Notes: generated from the letters alone by a model not told the origin. Shown: positions 16,436-24,506, counted from the first letter of the stretch. The stretch: DNA of 53,291 nucleotides from Candidatus Giovannonibacteria bacterium RIFCSPHIGHO2_01_FULL_45_24 (GCA_001778495.1 MFHE01000010.1:1-53291), one strand, 5' to 3'. A program made the numbers and translations.

Positions 16436-16454
16436 ATTGCCCATGACACCTTTT
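16436..16454 (-). repeat. Conserved 3'-flank motif, copy 3
   Basis: Plus strand attgcccatgacacctttt, 7 nt after the stop of 16461..16883. Confidence 0.6.
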
Positions 16455-16460
16455 GATGCG

Positions 16461-16883
16461 CTATATAAATAGGAAAGCCGTGATTAATCCAATAATAGCC
16501 CCTGTAGCAATTTCAAAAAGAGTATGACCACTGAATTCATAAAGTTTTCGATCAATTACTATTTTTCTTAACTCATCGTCTTTGCTTTTAATTATGTATG
16601 ATTCCCATACTCCTTGCCGTTTTTTATCTTCCAAAAGACCATAAACTAAAATCAACGAAACAATAAATGCAAAGCCAAAAATTGCATTAAATCCGCTATT
16701 CAGCCATACAAGATACAACGAGCTCGCAATAAGAGCGCTATGACTACTGGGAAATTTTGCTACCCAAAAACCTTCCCATAAAATACTGCCCTTCGCCAAT
16801 TTTCCGCCATGCCAAAAATAAATGATAAATTTTATTACTTGGCACACCGCAACGGATAGTAATGGAATTAAAACAAACTTCAT
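16461..16883 (-). CDS. Divergent PAP2-family membrane protein (DUF212-like)
   Basis: 140 aa with FPSSHSA and SGHT motifs and 3-4 TM helices. Confidence 0.72.
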   Translation of the reverse strand: MKFVLIPLLSVAVCQVIKFIIYFWHGGKLAKGSILWEGFWVAKFPSSHSALIASSLYLVWLNSGFNAIFGFAFIVSLILVYGLLEDKKRQGVWESYIIKSKDDELRKIVIDRKLYEFSGHTLFEIATGAIIGLITAFLFI

Positions 16884-16884
16884 T

Positions 16885-19536
16885 TTATTTCTTCTCTAAA
16901 TTTTTGCGGTGCTCCCCCGTTCCTAACAAGCCACAACGTTTATACTTCTTTCCAGAACCGCACCAGCAGGGGTCATTGCGGCCCAGTTCGTCCTTTTTGT
17001 CAAAAGTTGAACTTCTGACATTTTGTTTAAATTCATTCGCAGGAGCGGGGCCGATTTTAAAAATCAAATTAGCGATGTAGGCGTTGATATGCCCTTCCAG
17101 CTGCTGGAACATTTTTGCGCCCTCGTTTTTGTATTCTACCAAAGCAACCCTTTGGCCGTAAACGCGAAGTTGTACGCTGGAACGCATGTATTCCATCGCC
17201 TCCAGATGCTCCATCCAAAGAGCGTCAATCGCCTGGAGCATGATTACGCGAAGCGCGTCGGCAAACCCCGCAACCTCCTTTTTTTGCTTGACGAATGCCG
17301 TTTCAATTTCTTTCTCCGCGAGCTCGGCCAGCTCTTCCATGCTTTCCATTTTCCCAACTCGCTCGCGGATATTAGAGAAATCTCCGCCGCCCAAAATGCT
17401 CGCCAAATTCTCCCCAATCTCTTTTTTGTTCCATTCTTCCGGCGAGCCCATGGTGTGTGCCTGGATAATCCTGCTCGCCACTTCTTTAAGCAAAGCCAAC
17501 GCCTCCTCCTCTATTTCTTCGGGCTTCGCGAAAAGCAGTTTTTTTCTCCGTGAATAAATCGCCGCCCTCTGCTTATTCATCACGTCGTCATACTCCAAAA
17601 CATGCTTTCTAGTGTCAAAGTTAAATCCCTCAATTTTCCCCTGCGCGGACTCAATCGCCCCCGACACCATTTTGTTTTCCACTGGCTCGTCTTCCGGAAT
17701 GCCGAGCTTGCCCATTAAATTTTTCACCCTCTCCGGCGCGAAAATTCGCATAAGGTCATCCTCCAAAGAAACAAAAAATTGCGTCCCGCCCGGGTCGCCC
17801 TGCCTGCCGGCTCTGCCCCGAAGCTGGTCGTCTATGCGGCGCGCTTCGTGCCGCTCCGTGCCGATGACAAGCAATCCGCCCACACTCCTGACTCTCTCGG
17901 CGTCTTCGGAAACCGCCGGGTTTCCTCCGAGAATTATGTCCACTCCCCGGCCGGCCATGTTGGTCGCGACGGTCACGGCCCTGAATCTCCCCGCCTGCGC
18001 GATAATCGCTCCTTCCTCCTCGTGATTTTTAGCGTTCAGCACTTTGTGTTCTACGCCTTCGCGCGAGAGGAGCGCGGAAAGTTTTTCATTTTTTTCAATT
18101 GAAACAGTGCCAATAAGCACGGGCTGGCCTTTTTCGTTTCTTGCTTTTATTTCGCGCGAGAGAGCTTGCCATTTCCCTTTTTCCGTCTGGAAAACTTTGT
18201 CCGGCAAATCGTTTCTTACCATGGGCTTATTCGTCGGGATCTCGGTGACATCCAAATTATATACTTTGTGGAATTCCTCGGCGGAAGTTTGCGCCGTGCC
18301 CGTCATCCCGGCCAGCTTTTTATACATCCTGAAATAATTTTGGAAAGTAATTGTCGCAAGCGTGCGGGATTCCTGCTGGACCCGCGCGCCTTCTTTGGCC
18401 TCAATGGCCTGGTGGAGCCCGTCCGACCACCTTCGCCCGGGCATCAAGCGACCGGTAAATTCATCAACAATGGTTACTTCCCCATTTTTTACGACATAAT
18501 CTTTGTCGCGCTGAAAAAGAGCGTGGGCGCGAAGCGCCTGCTCCAGATGATGCACATATCTCATCCCGCGCTCGGTGTAGATGTCTTTAAGCCCGAGCAT
18601 CTGCTCCACTTTTTCAATTCCGGATTCGGTCACGAGCGCCGTTTTCATTTTCTCATCAATATTATAATCCTCGTTTTCTTTAAGCCGCAGGACGATTCTT
18701 GAAAAAACTTTGTAAAGCTCGGCGGATTCGGCATCAGGAGTTGAGATAATCAACGGCGTCCGCGCTTCATCAATTAAAATTGAATCAACCTCGTCAACAA
18801 TCGCGAAATTGTGGCCGCGCTGGGCCATCTGGCTCGGAGCGTAAACCATATTGTCGCGCAGATAATCAAACCCGTACTCGTTGTTCGTCCCATAAGTGAC
18901 GTCGGCGGCGTATGCTTCGCGCCGGGGGCAGGGACGCAAAAATTCGTGAACAACTTTAAAAGCGCCCAATGTGTCGCGGGCTTGGTCTTTGGCGGTTAAA
19001 CCGCCATTTGGCGGTTTAACCGCCAAGTTCGCATCATATAAGTAACTTGCTTCATGATTCAAAACCCCCACGGATAACCCCAGCGCATTATATATCTGCC
19101 CCATCCAAACGGCGTCCCTCCGCGACAGATAGTCGTTGACCGTCACAATATGAACGCCTCCACCAGCTGGCGGGGCCGGAAGCGCGTTGATATAAGCCGG
19201 CAAAGTCGCAACTAAAGTTTTCCCTTCTCCGGTCTTCATCTCCGCGATTCCTCCTCTGTGGAGCACAATCCCGCCCATAAGCTGGGCGTCAAAATGCCTC
19301 TGGCCCAAAGTTCTTTTGGCGGCATCTCTTACGACGGCAAATGCTTCGGGAAGAATTTCATCAAGCCACGCGCCGTCCTCCAACCGTTTTCTGAATTCCG
19401 CTGTTTTATTTTTTAGTTCCTCATCAGAAAGTTTTTGGACTCCATTTTCCAGATTGTTTATTTCTTCAACAATCGGCCGGAGCTCGTCTACGGCTCTTTC
19501 ATTTGAGCCCCCAAAAATTTTCCCAAAAAATGACAT
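16885..19536 (-). CDS. secA: Preprotein translocase ATPase SecA
   Basis: 883 aa. MKTGEGKTLV Walker A, VDEVDSILIDEARTPLIIS DEAD-like motif, C-terminal zinc motif CWCGSGKKYKRC. Confidence 0.98.
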   Translation of the reverse strand: MSFFGKIFGGSNERAVDELRPIVEEINNLENGVQKLSDEELKNKTAEFRKRLEDGAWLDEILPEAFAVVRDAAKRTLGQRHFDAQLMGGIVLHRGGIAEMKTGEGKTLVATLPAYINALPAPPAGGGVHIVTVNDYLSRRDAVWMGQIYNALGLSVGVLNHEASYLYDANLAVKPPNGGLTAKDQARDTLGAFKVVHEFLRPCPRREAYAADVTYGTNNEYGFDYLRDNMVYAPSQMAQRGHNFAIVDEVDSILIDEARTPLIISTPDAESAELYKVFSRIVLRLKENEDYNIDEKMKTALVTESGIEKVEQMLGLKDIYTERGMRYVHHLEQALRAHALFQRDKDYVVKNGEVTIVDEFTGRLMPGRRWSDGLHQAIEAKEGARVQQESRTLATITFQNYFRMYKKLAGMTGTAQTSAEEFHKVYNLDVTEIPTNKPMVRNDLPDKVFQTEKGKWQALSREIKARNEKGQPVLIGTVSIEKNEKLSALLSREGVEHKVLNAKNHEEEGAIIAQAGRFRAVTVATNMAGRGVDIILGGNPAVSEDAERVRSVGGLLVIGTERHEARRIDDQLRGRAGRQGDPGGTQFFVSLEDDLMRIFAPERVKNLMGKLGIPEDEPVENKMVSGAIESAQGKIEGFNFDTRKHVLEYDDVMNKQRAAIYSRRKKLLFAKPEEIEEEALALLKEVASRIIQAHTMGSPEEWNKKEIGENLASILGGGDFSNIRERVGKMESMEELAELAEKEIETAFVKQKKEVAGFADALRVIMLQAIDALWMEHLEAMEYMRSSVQLRVYGQRVALVEYKNEGAKMFQQLEGHINAYIANLIFKIGPAPANEFKQNVRSSTFDKKDELGRNDPCWCGSGKKYKRCGLLGTGEHRKNLEKK
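18989..19026. repeat. 38-bp nested palindrome inside secA
   Basis: ttggcggttaaaccgcca-tt-tggcggtttaaccgccaa gives 18 perfect mirror pairs. Each half also contains GGCGG-N5-CCGCC. Translated as LAVKPPNGGLTAK. Confidence 0.85.
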
Positions 19537-19609
19537 TGCCTTATTTTAATCCAAAAACCGCGAAAAGTCACTATGCTCACTTTCGTCCGATCGTGAGATT
19601 TTGAGTATA

Positions 19610-19960
19610 CTATTCTCTTTTGAGTTTGCGGGCGCCCTTGAGCATCAAGGAACGTTTACGTTCTTTGAATTTTTTGATTTCGCGCTCAAGCTCTTCTTCC
19701 AGCAAATCAATCGCCTCGTTTAAGGTTTCGCCCAAGGCGTCGGCGCGGAGAAGTTTTTTGCCGACGGATAAATTCGCCTCCGCCCTAAAATACGGCCCGG
19801 TTTTGTGGTGCTTTGTTGTTTTGCCGACTTCTATATCCAAGCCGATTGACTCGCCGTCCCGCGCAAGAAACTTTTCGGTCATTTTTACCAGCTTTCTATC
19901 CACATATTCGCGCGTGGATGCCAACAAAGCCAAATTCGTGCCTTTTAGCGAAACTCTCAT
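19610..19960 (-). CDS. hpf: Ribosome hibernation promoting factor (short HPF/RaiA type)
   Basis: 116 aa with sigma54-modulation/S30EA-like sequence (REYVDRKL..., ...[15 protein letters not shown]). Confidence 0.88.
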   Translation of the reverse strand: MRVSLKGTNLALLASTREYVDRKLVKMTEKFLARDGESIGLDIEVGKTTKHHKTGPYFRAEANLSVGKKLLRADALGETLNEAIDLLEEELEREIKKFKERKRSLMLKGARKLKRE

Positions 19961-20532
19961 GCTGTTTTTGGCTCTACATTATTATCATGGTCTTCCGCGA
20001 ACACGGCAGCCGCAAAAACCGTCGTCCAAAGGCCGTCTTTGTTGCCAATAGCCGATTGGGTGACGTTTGAGGTGCGCACAATCTTGCCGGACATTTTAAA
20101 AAGCTGCTCTCTCTCGTCCCAGGCGGTGTCTGAATTAAACTCAATGCCCAAAGTCGTGGCCAGCATGCTTGCCGCCAAATCCTCGGCGTATTCTCCGGCT
20201 TTCTCTTCGGTCTCTCCGTAAGCGTGGTGCTCGGAAAGATAGCCGTGCTGTTCTGGGTCTGCCGGAATAGCCAACCCCACGGAGGCCGCGATTAGTCGGT
20301 TGGGCTCATTGGTGGACTCGCGGTCGTAGACGCAAAAAACTATCTCGCCAGGCCTTATTGATTTTACCCCTTCTTCCTTGGAAATTTTTTTGACTCCGGG
20401 AGGATAGATACTGGAAACTAAAATCAAATTGCAGTGGGCAATGCCGGCGTCGCGCAAAGCAAGCTCAAAAGACGCCAGTTTTTCTTTGTGCACGCCGACT
20501 CCTTTCGTAAAAAATATTTTCTTGGGAACCAT
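19957..20532 (-). CDS. pdaD: Pyruvoyl-dependent arginine decarboxylase
   Basis: Track ORF trimmed to [31 protein letters not shown]...[11 protein letters not shown] (ATG at 20532). ATGA overlap with hpf. Confidence 0.88.
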   Translation of the reverse strand: MVPKKIFFTKGVGVHKEKLASFELALRDAGIAHCNLILVSSIYPPGVKKISKEEGVKSIRPGEIVFCVYDRESTNEPNRLIAASVGLAIPADPEQHGYLSEHHAYGETEEKAGEYAEDLAASMLATTLGIEFNSDTAWDEREQLFKMSGKIVRTSNVTQSAIGNKDGLWTTVFAAAVFAEDHDNNVEPKTA

Positions 20533-20542
20533 CCGTAATTTA

Positions 20543-20570
20543 ATATTAAGCGATACGGTGCTAATATCAA
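20543..20570 (-). promoter_or_regulatory. Promoter TTGATA-16-TAATAT, 10 nt upstream of the pdaD ATG
   Basis: Complements of tatcaa (20565-20570) and atatta (20543-20548). Confidence 0.5.
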
Positions 20571-20572
20571 TA

Positions 20573-20581
20573 TGTGGATAA
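20573..20581 (-). promoter_or_regulatory. Perfect DnaA-box 9-mer, 2 nt upstream of the pdaD -35
   Basis: Plus strand tgtggataa. Confidence 0.4.
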
Positions 20582-20590
20582 TCGGCTTTT

Positions 20591-20669
20591 GCGCTTTTGG
20601 GGGTTACGGAGCCGGCACTCACATAAATGACATAGAAGGAGTACAACCCTCCGTAGCCCCCTCAAGCGC
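20591..20669 (-). other. 79-nt long hairpin (21-position stem: 18 WC, 1 GU, 2 mismatches; 37-nt loop)
   Basis: gcgcttttgggggttacggag (20591-20611) pairs with ctccgtagccccctcaagcgc (20649-20669). Confidence 0.6.
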
Positions 20670-20751
20670 AAAACAACACAAAGCCCTGGAAATTCCAGGG
20701 CTTTGTGCAGACATAGATTGCAGTCCCGCCGAGGCGGGACAACACTCACAT
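20668..20751 (-). ncRNA. Candidate ~85-nt sRNA or attenuator leader: two hairpins, the second terminator-like
   Basis: Hairpin gtcccgcc-gag-gcgggac (20723-20740). Hairpin aaagccctggaa/ttccagggcttt (20680-20704) is followed on the minus strand by GUGUUGUUUU. Sits directly downstream of the 20758-20785 promoter. Confidence 0.4.
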
Positions 20752-20757
20752 GCGCCT

Positions 20758-20785
20758 ATCTTAGCAAATCCATTACATTTGTCAA
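20758..20785 (-). promoter_or_regulatory. Promoter TTGACA-16 (ending TGC)-TAAGAT immediately after the epimerase stop
   Basis: Complements of tgtcaa (20780-20785) and atctta (20758-20763). Confidence 0.5.
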
Positions 20786-20786
20786 G

Positions 20787-21794
20787 TTATTTATCCACAA
20801 AGCGGCTGTAGTAGCCCCTGTCCGCTTTAAGCGCCTCGCGGCCGGTGTATTGGTACTTAAATCCATAGTTTGTAATTTTTGAGCCGTCAACGATAATCGG
20901 GTAAGTGTAAGAATTGATGCCCGCCGGGACCGTTGGAATCCTCCCCCGCGAAAGGTGCCACAGCGCGCCGAAACAGAGTTTCCCCAGCCGCATCGGCACT
21001 CTTATTGAGAGCTTGCCGATTTCTTTCGCCATATCTTTCAGCAAAAAGAAGTCGGCTGGGGCGATGTTGAATATCTCGTATTTTGAAGATGCACCTCCGC
21101 CGGCCATAAACCGGACGGCATCCCAAATATCGTCTTCGTGAACAAACTGCCTCGCGGAATCCGGCCCGGTGACGGGCACAACCGGGAGGCCGAATTTCAT
21201 CGCACGCAGAAGCCCGAAGCGCTTGAACGCAAACTGACCCCGTGGACCCGTGATGGCGCAGGGGCGGAACACCAAAACCTGCGTCGCGGAAAACGCATAA
21301 AACGCGGCTTTTAGTTTTTCTTCAATTATTTTCTTATCCACGCCGTAAAGATACTTCTCCTCGCGGAAAGAGTCTGATTCTTTGAATTTATAGTTCGTGG
21401 AATTCTCGGGAAGCGCGCCATAAGAAGCAACGGTTGAAAAATGTATGAGCCGCGGTATTTTGTTTTTTGAAACAAAATCAAAAACCCTCTCCGCCGCCGT
21501 AACATTAGATTTTATCTGCCATGCCCTTTTTTTGCCGTAGCCCTCGCGGATGACATAAGCGCAGTGTATCACCAAATCCGGCCTGCCCTCGGCCAAAACT
21601 TTTTCTTCCCAGCCGGGGTCGCCAAGATTGTGCTGTACAAAAGCAATCCGATTGCTACTTAGCAATCGGATTGCTAAGTTGGATGGAGCCTTCATATCCA
21701 AAGCGATTATTTTTTCAACTTCCGGATTTTCATCAAAGCGGTCAGCGAGCATCCCGCCTATGTATCCCGACGTTCCGGTTATAAAAATTTTCAT
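20787..21794 (-). CDS. NAD-dependent epimerase/dehydratase (SDR) family protein
   Basis: 335 aa with MKIFITGTSGYIGG Rossmann motif. Confidence 0.85.
   Translation of the reverse strand: MKIFITGTSGYIGGMLADRFDENPEVEKIIALDMKAPSNLAIRLLSSNRIAFVQHNLGDPGWEEKVLAEGRPDLVIHCAYVIREGYGKKRAWQIKSNVTAAERVFDFVSKNKIPRLIHFSTVASYGALPENSTNYKFKESDSFREEKYLYGVDKKIIEEKLKAAFYAFSATQVLVFRPCAITGPRGQFAFKRFGLLRAMKFGLPVVPVTGPDSARQFVHEDDIWDAVRFMAGGGASSKYEIFNIAPADFFLLKDMAKEIGKLSIRVPMRLGKLCFGALWHLSRGRIPTVPAGINSYTYPIIVDGSKITNYGFKYQYTGREALKADRGYYSRFVDK
20791..20799 (+). promoter_or_regulatory. Perfect DnaA-box 9-mer (TTATCCACA on plus strand) within the last codons of the epimerase gene
   Basis: Read directly from the sequence. 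Confidence 0.3.
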
Positions 21795-21804
21795 GATTAC
21801 GATT

Positions 21805-23217
21805 TTACTTGAAAAATCCTATTCTGGACAAGACCAGATGGAGTGTCTTTAAAATTATCGCCAAATCCAAAAGAAACGACCTGTTTTTGATGTAGTAAAG
21901 GTCATACGCCAGACGCTCCTTGGTTTCTTCCACCGAGCTGGGGTTCTCTCCTTTGACTTTTTGGGAAACCTGCGCCCAACCGGTAAGCCCGGGCTTAATC
22001 AGCGTGCGCACTTTGTAGTAAGGAATTTTTTGTTCCAGCTCCCGCGCGAAATCCGCCACGTCCGGCCGCGGGCCCACCAAGCTTATGTCGCCCAAAAAAA
22101 CGTTCCAAAGCTGGGGCAGCTCGTCCAAAGACGTCTTCCGCAAAAATCTGCCCGCGCGGGTGACCCGGGGGTCATCTTTTTCAAACCAGCTCACGGGCGC
22201 CCCCACTTTCATTGTGCGAAATTTAAAGGGCCTGAACTTCCTGCCGTTCTGTCCGATCCTCTCCGGCACGTAAAAAACCGGCCCGCCGTCGTCCAGTTTT
22301 ATGACCAAAATTATAAACGGATAAAATATCAAAGAAATCATTCCGGCGGACAATGAAATAATTATGTCAACAAACCTCTTCGCCAAATCATAAATAGCGC
22401 TGGAGGGAGAAGATATATTTTCCAAAAGCCACGCCTCGTCAACCAAAGACGCCGGGGCCTTGTGGAAAACGGATTCATAAAATTTCTGAAAACTGAAAAA
22501 CTGCACGCCCCTAAATATCGGCTCGTAAAACTTTCTTACAATGGCTTCGTTATGTTGATAGGGCGCTCCGATGGAGGTCGGCGAAACCACGGCTGCGAAC
22601 CCGCCGACGGAGGCGGCGCGCTCAAGCGCGGAAAGATCTATATCCGAGGCAGATTTTATTTCTTCGGCGCGCTTCGCGCCGACCACCCTTATGTTGCTAT
22701 AATAAGGATTATGCGAAAAGGCCGCAACGAGCTCCCGGAGCTCCGGTCCCGGCCCGATAAAATACAGAGCGCCGCCGCCGAAAGCGTTTTTTAAAAATGG
22801 CATATTCCACGCTCTCCATAAAAACAAAAGCGCGAAAGAAAAAATAAGGTATAAGATTAAATTCGCTTTCGGCGCCAGAAAAAAATACGGCAGGAAAACA
22901 TAAAAGAAAACAACCGCTATCACGCTGTTTATAATATGGACCCTGACCAGGGCCTGCGCCAGAGAAAGCCGATAGCCGATGACGAGAGTGCTGTAAAACC
23001 CCGCGAGATACAAGACCAAAATCCACATCAAAAATATCAAGCTGAATGGCAATAAGTGGTCTTCCAAAAAAACTCTGTATGACCAAAGATAGCTCCCATA
23101 CGGCAGAAAAAAAAAGCGGACTGTTAAGGACGCCCAAAGGGCCAAGATAAAAGACAGCAAATCACCCAAAAGCAGGACTAGGACAAGAAACTTTGATTTG
23201 ACGTTCCAATTATACAT
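21805..23217 (-). CDS. Polyprenyl-phosphate sugar-phosphate transferase (WbaP/bacterial sugar transferase family), glycan-priming enzyme
   Basis: C-terminal domain ...PRVTRAGRFLRKTSLDELPQLWNVFLGDISLVGPRP. Track start is a TTG at 23262; the ATG at 23217 (MYNWNV) is preferred, alternative retained. Confidence 0.88.
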   Translation of the reverse strand: MYNWNVKSKFLVLVLLLGDLLSFILALWASLTVRFFFLPYGSYLWSYRVFLEDHLLPFSLIFLMWILVLYLAGFYSTLVIGYRLSLAQALVRVHIINSVIAVVFFYVFLPYFFLAPKANLILYLIFSFALLFLWRAWNMPFLKNAFGGGALYFIGPGPELRELVAAFSHNPYYSNIRVVGAKRAEEIKSASDIDLSALERAASVGGFAAVVSPTSIGAPYQHNEAIVRKFYEPIFRGVQFFSFQKFYESVFHKAPASLVDEAWLLENISSPSSAIYDLAKRFVDIIISLSAGMISLIFYPFIILVIKLDDGGPVFYVPERIGQNGRKFRPFKFRTMKVGAPVSWFEKDDPRVTRAGRFLRKTSLDELPQLWNVFLGDISLVGPRPDVADFARELEQKIPYYKVRTLIKPGLTGWAQVSQKVKGENPSSVEETKERLAYDLYYIKNRSFLLDLAIILKTLHLVLSRIGFFK

Positions 23218-24388
23218 GCCTGATTTAAATAAAAAGACGAAAATTTTATACGTAATTACCAAGTCAAACTGGGGCGGAGCCCAAAGATACGTTTATGATA
23301 TCGCAACCTCTCTGAATAAAGAAATGTTTGGCGTTGCGGTTGCCGCCGGCGGAGAGGGCATTTTAGCGGAAAAATTGAACCGAGCTGGCATACGCACCAT
23401 GCCGATTCCCTTTTTGCAGCGCGACGTCAGCGTCATAAAAGAATTTTTATCCCTATTTGCGCTGGTTAAAATTTTCAACCGCGAGCGCCCGGACATCATA
23501 CATTTAAACAGCAGCAAAACGGGTGGTCTCGGGGCAGTAGCCGCAAGAATCTCGTCACTCGTCACTCGTCGCTCGTCACTCATAGTTTTCACCGCCCACG
23601 GCTGGGGGTTTAACGAAGATAGGCCCTATGTCGCGCGGCTTATTATTTTCCTTGCGCAATGGATTACGGTTATCTTCTGCCACAAAATCATTACGCTTTC
23701 CAAAGCCGTGCACAGCCAAGCGATGTACTTCCCGTTCTCCAGAAAAAAAATTTTTTTTACTGAACAGGGGCTGCAGCCCATAGAATTGCTGCCGAGGGAA
23801 GAAGCCAAAAAAGAACTTATAAGCGTTTTCAATAAAACAAACCCGAGTCATAAAGAGTTTCCGGGCTTGTGGGTCGGATGCGTCGCGGAGCTCACTAAAA
23901 ATAAGGGGGTTATTTATTTAGTTGAAGCCGCAAGCAAATTGACCGGTTGCGATTCCCGGCTTTTAATTCTTGGCGATGGCGAAGACCGAGACAAACTTGA
24001 ACTTCAGATATCTAGACTCGGCCTCCAAAACAAAGTTTTTCTTTCGGGCTTCGTGCCGGACGCGGCCAAGTATTTTAAATCCTTTGATATTTTTGTTTTG
24101 CCGTCTGTCACCGAAGCGCTCGGATACGCGCTGATTGAAGCCGGGCAAGCCGGCCTTCCGGTCGTCGCGACCAAAGTCGGCGGGATACCGTGGATAATCA
24201 AAGACGGCGAATCAGGTATTTTAGTTCCGCCAAAAAACCCGGAAGCGCTTGCCGGGGCCCTAAAAAAACTCTTAGACGACAATGGTCTCCGCCAACAAAT
24301 GGGGCGGAAAAATTACGAACTCATTTCCCAAAAATTCTCATTTGAGAAGATGTTGAAAGAGACTATTGACATTTATAATAAGGCGTGA
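23216..24388 (+). CDS. Family 4 (GT-B) glycosyltransferase
   Basis: EX7E-type C-terminal region (PSVTEALGYALIEAGQAGLPVVATKVGG). Track start is a TTG at 23198; ATG at 23216. Confidence 0.88.
   Translation: MPDLNKKTKILYVITKSNWGGAQRYVYDIATSLNKEMFGVAVAAGGEGILAEKLNRAGIRTMPIPFLQRDVSVIKEFLSLFALVKIFNRERPDIIHLNSSKTGGLGAVAARISSLVTRRSSLIVFTAHGWGFNEDRPYVARLIIFLAQWITVIFCHKIITLSKAVHSQAMYFPFSRKKIFFTEQGLQPIELLPREEAKKELISVFNKTNPSHKEFPGLWVGCVAELTKNKGVIYLVEAASKLTGCDSRLLILGDGEDRDKLELQISRLGLQNKVFLSGFVPDAAKYFKSFDIFVLPSVTEALGYALIEAGQAGLPVVATKVGGIPWIIKDGESGILVPPKNPEALAGALKKLLDDNGLRQQMGRKNYELISQKFSFEKMLKETIDIYNKA
23551..23581 (+). repeat. Heptanucleotide tandem repeat CTCGTCA x4 (third unit CTCGTCG) plus a partial unit, inside the GT4 gene
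   Basis: Units at 23551-57, 58-64, 65-71 and 72-78, then ctc. Translated as SSLVTRRSSL. Confidence 0.85.
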
Positions 24389-24478
24389 TAAGCTGGGAGT
24401 AGAAGGAGGTGTTGCTATTTGCAATATCAAGATTCTGTTAAACCCCGCCCCGCCGGTTACAATTATTTTCATAATAAC

Positions 24479-24506
24479 AAAACCACCCCGCTCGCTGGGT
24501 GGTTTT
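24479..24506. terminator. Bidirectional terminator between convergent genes
   Basis: aaaaccaccc-cgctcgct-gggtggtttt: 10-bp stem with A/T runs on both sides. Confidence 0.75.

Noticed and set aside
19588-19613. CGATCG plus TATACTAT upstream of secA, resembling a half-site of the PaaX-gene palindromes
   Set aside because: Spacing differs by 3 nt and there is no second arm. TATACT is more simply a -10 element for secA.
20591-20669. Long hairpin as SRP (4.5S) RNA, 6S RNA or tmRNA
   Set aside because: It lacks the conserved SRP domain IV motifs (a GGAA-type apical loop with flanking symmetric/asymmetric loops). It is too short for 6S or tmRNA, and no tRNA-like end is present.
23107-23758. T9 (23107-23115, minus sense) in the sugar transferase and A8T8 (23743-23758) in GT4 as phase-variation tracts
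   Set aside because: A/T runs of 7-9 are frequent throughout the window in ordinary Lys/Phe codons (for example 14464-14477 and 50121-50128), so these are not distinctive.
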